A stretch of DNA of 64,000 bases from Octopus bimaculoides (Eukaryota). This document shows positions 59,940-64,000 of this stretch, piece after piece. Where the stretch lies: the NCBI RefSeq assembly GCF_001194135.2, contig NC_068982.1:27837841-27901840 (forward strand), in the 5' to 3' direction. The number at the start of each line of letters is the position of its first letter. Position 1 is the first letter of the stretch. A program made the translations under genes and the position numbers. The notes under the pieces are model-generated. The model was not told the origin of the DNA, did not search any database, and saw only the letters and a list, made by a program, of their open reading frames with translations.

Positions 59940-60430
59940 TTTCTTTTATCCATCTATCCATCTTTTCTACTCACTATCCCAAGGAAGGGATAGAGTCTTC
60001 AGGCACCTCCTCCATAGGGGCCTATCAGAAGCAGCCATCTTAACACTTTCTGGCTGGATTCCCAAGCATGACCAACTATCATTCCAGTCACTTGTTCATT
60101 GTACCAGAGCTCTGACTTCTCAATGTGAGATTCAACCTAGGGAGTCTCTCTGCTCTCCAAGCTACACACCCTGTTGAGTACATGCAATCATACTTTTTCG
60201 TTCATTACTCAACATTCATGACAGTGAGGATAGGCATGAAAACCAAATTAATGATAGCAAGTTTGGCTGTTTTACCAACCTCTCTTTTCTGAGGATTGAA
60301 TGATGGAGTTGGCATATTATTGTGTCAGCACCTGCAGTTCAAGCATCCATTACTTGTGAATATGGCCCCGAGATACTTAAACTTCACTTGTCTCAGCATG
60401 TTCCACTAACACGCAGATTGGTACTGAGAA
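59940..60430 (-). mobile_element. RTE LINE 3' fragment (family of 6140)
   Basis: Shares catagggcctatcagaagcag..ggattcccaagcatgacc..ccagagctctgac.tctcaat with the 6140 copy; KYLG-like segment near 60370. Confidence 0.8.
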
Positions 60431-61024
60431 ATATTTTATATTTACCAATTTAATTTACATAACCATAATGTTAAGCATTTTGATTTCAGTTGCAATGAAC
60501 ATTGTTATTATTGTTTAGCTGCAACCAATAATAATAGTAAAAAACAAAACACAGAAAAGAAAATACTGGAAGAAATATTCAAACATAATTACAATACTGA
60601 TTAAATATTAGCTATTGAAGACTATTAAATTAAAACAACACAGCTATTAATTTTAAAAACAACCAAACAAAAAAAAAGACAAGTGTTTATTTTCATATGA
60701 AATTTAAGTCCCAATTATCAGATCACTATAATGTTTGCTTAAAGCTGGCCAGGTAGCACTTTTAAAATAAGAGGATAAGCAACAACCTCAGATTGGAAAT
60801 GACTACTTAACTATTAACTACAATAATTTCTTTTTCCCAGTTTAGAATCTATCTATCCTAATTAGGGAAAGCAAATCTCTACTCAAGAGCAAACTAAACA
60901 TTGAACTTGGCCTAAGAATCAACTTATCCATTGTATGCAATGATTAATTTAAACATTCACAATTAATTATAAATCTCTATTTCCATAAAGCAAGTAATTT
61001 ATATTTGTTAAAAAATAAACCTAC

Positions 61025-61121
61025 TTTTTAGCTTCTTCTAAATGGCAAAGATATTCATAAGCCATATTCTGTTTTCTCTTCTCATCCATTTCCTCAGCGG
61101 AAAGCCGTTCATCGTCGAGAG
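61025..61121 (-). CDS. IQGAP: IQGAP coding exon (equivalent to vertebrate exon 2), 97 nt: xLDDERLSAEEMDEKRKQNMAYEYLCHLEEAK(K)
   Basis: Manual translation matches the IQGAP N-terminus (human LDNERLTAEEMDERRRQNVAYEYLCHLEEAK). Acceptor cccttttcag, donor gtaggt. Ends in phase 2, matching the next exon. Confidence 0.97.
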
Positions 61122-61622
61122 CTGAAAAGGGATGAAAAAGAAAACAATTTAATTACCTTTTTAATAACACAGTTAAGAGTACTTGATTTTGGAAGATGAC
61201 AAGAAGCAAAAACATAAAATTAAAAATAACCACGACACTACAACAATATCTCACAATATGAAAACCTGGAACAGTTTGTTCTGTTCATGAGAAATCTGAT
61301 TACTTCTATATTAAGATTAGAAGTATCCAATTAGAAAATTTTGATAGTTTTATAGTCTGGTATAATTGATGTTCTAATTGGTTCAAACAGAAATAAAATA
61401 AATGAAACTGATCAAGCATACAGTATAGCAAAGACAATGATATGTAAAAATTATACAAATATACAGCTTTTATCATGCATAAACACTTGGAGAAATTTAA
61501 TCAAAATTACATTTGGCATGTCTAGTGTTAATCATGAAACTATATCTAAAATATTGTGCATTATTTTTAATCTTTGTCGAAAGTCTAACAATTTTCAGCA
61601 TTTTTGGTATTGTTAAGCTGTA

Positions 61623-61794
61623 TTAACCCTTTAGCATTTAAACTGGTCATATCCAACCCACACCCATCCTACAGTATTATTCTAAAAATAAAGTCACACC
61701 ATCAAAATCTTGAAGCTGAAATAGTGCATGATTAATTCAAAAAATAATAAATAAGCATTACACTTGACAGAGTAATCTAAATACTAAAGGTTAA
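61623..61794 (+). mobile_element. TTAA piggyBac-like MITE (family A), internally deleted
   Basis: TTAA|ccctttagcatttaaac ... aatactaaagg|TTAA. Confidence 0.88.
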
Positions 61795-62019
61795 ATGAAT
61801 ACTTTGTACTTTTCAACTTAACATTTGTTCTACCATGTAAAATATGCTACCCCAAACTCATTCAAACCTTATACTGCACAAATCTTTCTAGCACTCCCAT
61901 CTTCCACAACAGTTTGTATGACAAGAACAATTCTTCTCACAAACTAAAAATATTTTAGAATTCCCATATGCTTCCAGTTATTAAAAGTTTCTTTGGTCTA
62001 ATACAACCTATACTCTTTT

Positions 62020-62371
62020 ACTTGTTTCAGTCATTTGACTGCGCCCATGCTGGAGCACCGCCTTTATAGTTGAGCAAATCGACCCCAGAGATTATTCTTT
62101 GTAAGCCTAGTACTTATTCTATCCGTCCCTTTTGCTGAACCGCTAAGTTACAGGGACGCAAACACACCAGCATTGGTTGTCAAGCGATGCTTGGGGGACA
62201 AACAGACACACAAACATATACACACATACACATATATAAATATATGATGGGCTTCTTCCAGTTTCCGTCTACCAGATCGACGCACAAGGCTTTGGTCGGC
62301 CCGAGGCTATAGTAGAAGACACTTGCCCAAGGTGCCATGCAGTGGGACTGAACCCGGGACCATGTGGTTGG
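62020..62371 (-). mobile_element. Well-preserved (young) tRNA-derived SINE, 5' end truncated
   Basis: Retains many CpGs (ggtcggcccgaggctatagtagaagacacttgcccaaggtgcc, gaaccgctaagttac); tail (TACTCTT)-like. Confidence 0.9.
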
Positions 62372-62534
62372 TTACAACAGACATTGCATTTGGAATAGGA
62401 AGAGGCCAGCATCATTTCACATTCTTGAAAACCATCAATAATTGATGGAATTGACAGCTTGGGTAACAAATATTTTAGTGAAATATTCATACACAAGAAA
62501 CTAAACCAAATCCATCCACAGAGTAAAAGTTTCA

Positions 62535-62718
62535 ACTATAGGTACAAGGCCAGAAATTTTGTAGGGGCAAGTTGATTACATGGTACTTATTTTATTAACC
62601 TTGAAAGGATGAAAGGCAAGGTCGATCTTGACAATTTGAACTCAGAACATAAAACCAGAAGAAATGCCATTAAGCATTTTGTCCAGTATGCTAATGATTC
62701 TGCCAGCTTGCTGCCGTC
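62535..62718 (+). mobile_element. Nin/Deu-like-domain SINE copy
   Basis: tggtacttattttattaaccttgaaaggatgaaaggcaaggtcgatc..ttgaactcagaac..ctaatgattctgccagc. Confidence 0.85.
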
Positions 62719-62904
62719 CATTGAATAATAAGAAATAAAAGCTAACCCTTTTAATACATAAATTGGATACATCATTCAAAATGTAATTTCCATTAACTAC
62801 TGGAAGTTATTTTACTGCACAATGTTGAAATAAAGCTCTCCTTATGTTGTGAAAAGGGGAGACATCCCTACAGATTTCTAAACATCTCACCAAACCAGTA
62901 GGTT

Positions 62905-63085
62905 GTCAAGACAAAGAGATACAAACACACACACACATTTACAGCAGGCTTCTTTCAGCTTCTGTCTACTAAATAAATTCCATGCTTTGGTTAGTCTGGG
63001 GCTATAGCAGAAGTCACCTGCTGAAGGTGCACACAGTAGGACCGAACCTGAAATCATGTGGTTGGGAAGCAAGCGTTATCTGCGC
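62905..63085 (-). mobile_element. tRNA-derived SINE head
   Basis: ggcttctttcagcttctgtctac..gggctatagcagaag..gaacctgaaatcatgtggttgggaagcaagc. Confidence 0.8.
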
Positions 63086-63216
63086 GCGCACGCACGCACG
63101 CATGCACGCATGCACACACCTCTCTGATTATGAGTTATATTCTTAATGTGAAAATGAAGAACTGAAAATCACCAATCTCCTCAAAACTCAACTGCAAATT
63201 TTAATGAATAAAAAGA

Positions 63217-63280
63217 AAGATTTACTTCAAACTTTATCTTCAACTAAGATTTACTTCAAACTTTATCTTCAACTAAGATT
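63217..63280. repeat. Perfect 29-bp tandem duplication (aagatttacttcaaactttatcttcaact x2.2)
   Basis: Direct inspection. Confidence 0.95.
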
Positions 63281-63617
63281 TTCCATTTGTCTTAGATTCA
63301 TTAACTCTTAAAGTTAATCACCAGAAGAAATGTTTAAGAGATGTTCTCACATCATATTAGCTCTAGCAATATTTCAGATTAACCTAGTTTCCAAAAACTA
63401 AAATTCATTGAAAACAAAAGAAACAGTAATGAATATATGAAACTGAAAAACTGTATGCCATCATATTTCTCAAAATGTTACTGTAATATTTTTGAATAAA
63501 TTTTAGATGAACTCATACAAAGTGAATAAATAATGCAAATAAATAGATTAAAAAAATATTTATCATAAAAGTTCAAAAGTTAAAACACTTATTCAAAGTT
63601 AAAGCTCAATGTTCAAA

Positions 63618-64000
63618 GAGACAGACGCAGACAGGCAGGGAGGGAGGCAGACGCAGACAGGCAGGCAGGCAGGGAGACAGATGCAGACAGGCAGGGAGAC
63701 AGATGCAGACAGGCAGGGAGACAGACGCAGACAGGCAGGGAGACAGACGCAGACAGGCAGGGAAGCAGACGCAGCAAGACAGGCAGACAGGCAGAGAGAC
63801 AGACAGACACGCAGAGAGAGAGAGAGAGAGAGGCAGAGAGGCAGACAGATGCAGACAGACAGACAGAGAGAGACAGAGACAGACAGACAGAGAGAGACAG
63901 AGGCAGACAAGCAGAGAGAGAGACAGAGACAGACAAGCAGAGAGAGAGAGACAGAGACAGACAAGCAGAGAGAGAGACAGAGACAGACAAGCAGAGAGAG
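63618..64000. repeat. AGAC/AGGC-based minisatellite (22-bp unit gagacaga(t/c)gcagacaggcagg) grading into GA/GACA repeats; runs off the window
   Basis: Direct inspection; explains the SVSLC-repeat ORFs. Confidence 0.95.

Noticed and set aside
61122-64000. Search for the IQGAP first exon and promoter
   Set aside because: No supportable ATG exon with a phase-1 donor and no promoter-like region; the interval is repeats and AT-rich intron.
1-64000. CRISPR arrays, rRNA, snoRNA, canonical hammerheads and nested protein-coding genes
   Set aside because: No regularly spaced repeat-spacer array or rRNA-like sequence. The other CTGATGA sites checked (about 18396, 39143, 52833, 55107) lack the stem II and GAAA arrangement. 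No second spliced ORF with a recognisable domain was found, though short or divergent nested exons cannot be excluded without RNA data.

Overview
AT-rich, repeat-dense eukaryotic genomic DNA with two assembly gaps (28372-28381, 47208-47298). The SINE families and large introns point to an octopus (coleoid cephalopod); this is an inference, not a database result. One protein-coding gene crosses the window on the minus strand: the 5' part of an IQGAP scaffold (calponin-homology region). I traced seven GT-AG coding exons (97, 157, 78, 77, 68, 92 and 22 nt; 591 nt in total). They splice into one open frame: LDDERLSAEEMDEKRKQNMAYEYLCHLEEAKKWIEACTDEELPTTTELEEGLRNGVYLAKLAHFFAPNGAKSKRIYDKEQTRYKATGLHFRHTDNINHWLTAMEEIGLPPIFYPETTDIYDKKNVPRAIYCVHALSLYLFKLGLAPQIQDLYGKINFTEEEISNMRKELEKYGIQMPSFGKIGGILANEMSVDDAA. 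The first exon and all later exons were not found here and probably lie outside the window. The rest is intron, filled with CR1 and RTE LINE relics, tRNA-derived SINEs, a deleted mariner, several MITE families (TA- and TTAA-targeting) and microsatellites. The most notable observations are: a 22-nt frame-shifting microexon; three long fold-back palindromes in the pre-mRNA, one better paired on the transcribed strand and one possibly an assembly artefact; inverted LINE copies bracketing a single exon; an RTE relic with a PHD-like zinc finger inside the RT; and three MITE families each inserted into a SINE. I found no CRISPR array, rRNA, true tRNA gene or clearly new gene system. Exon and MITE coordinates are base-resolved; SINE/LINE boundaries are approximate (tens of bp).
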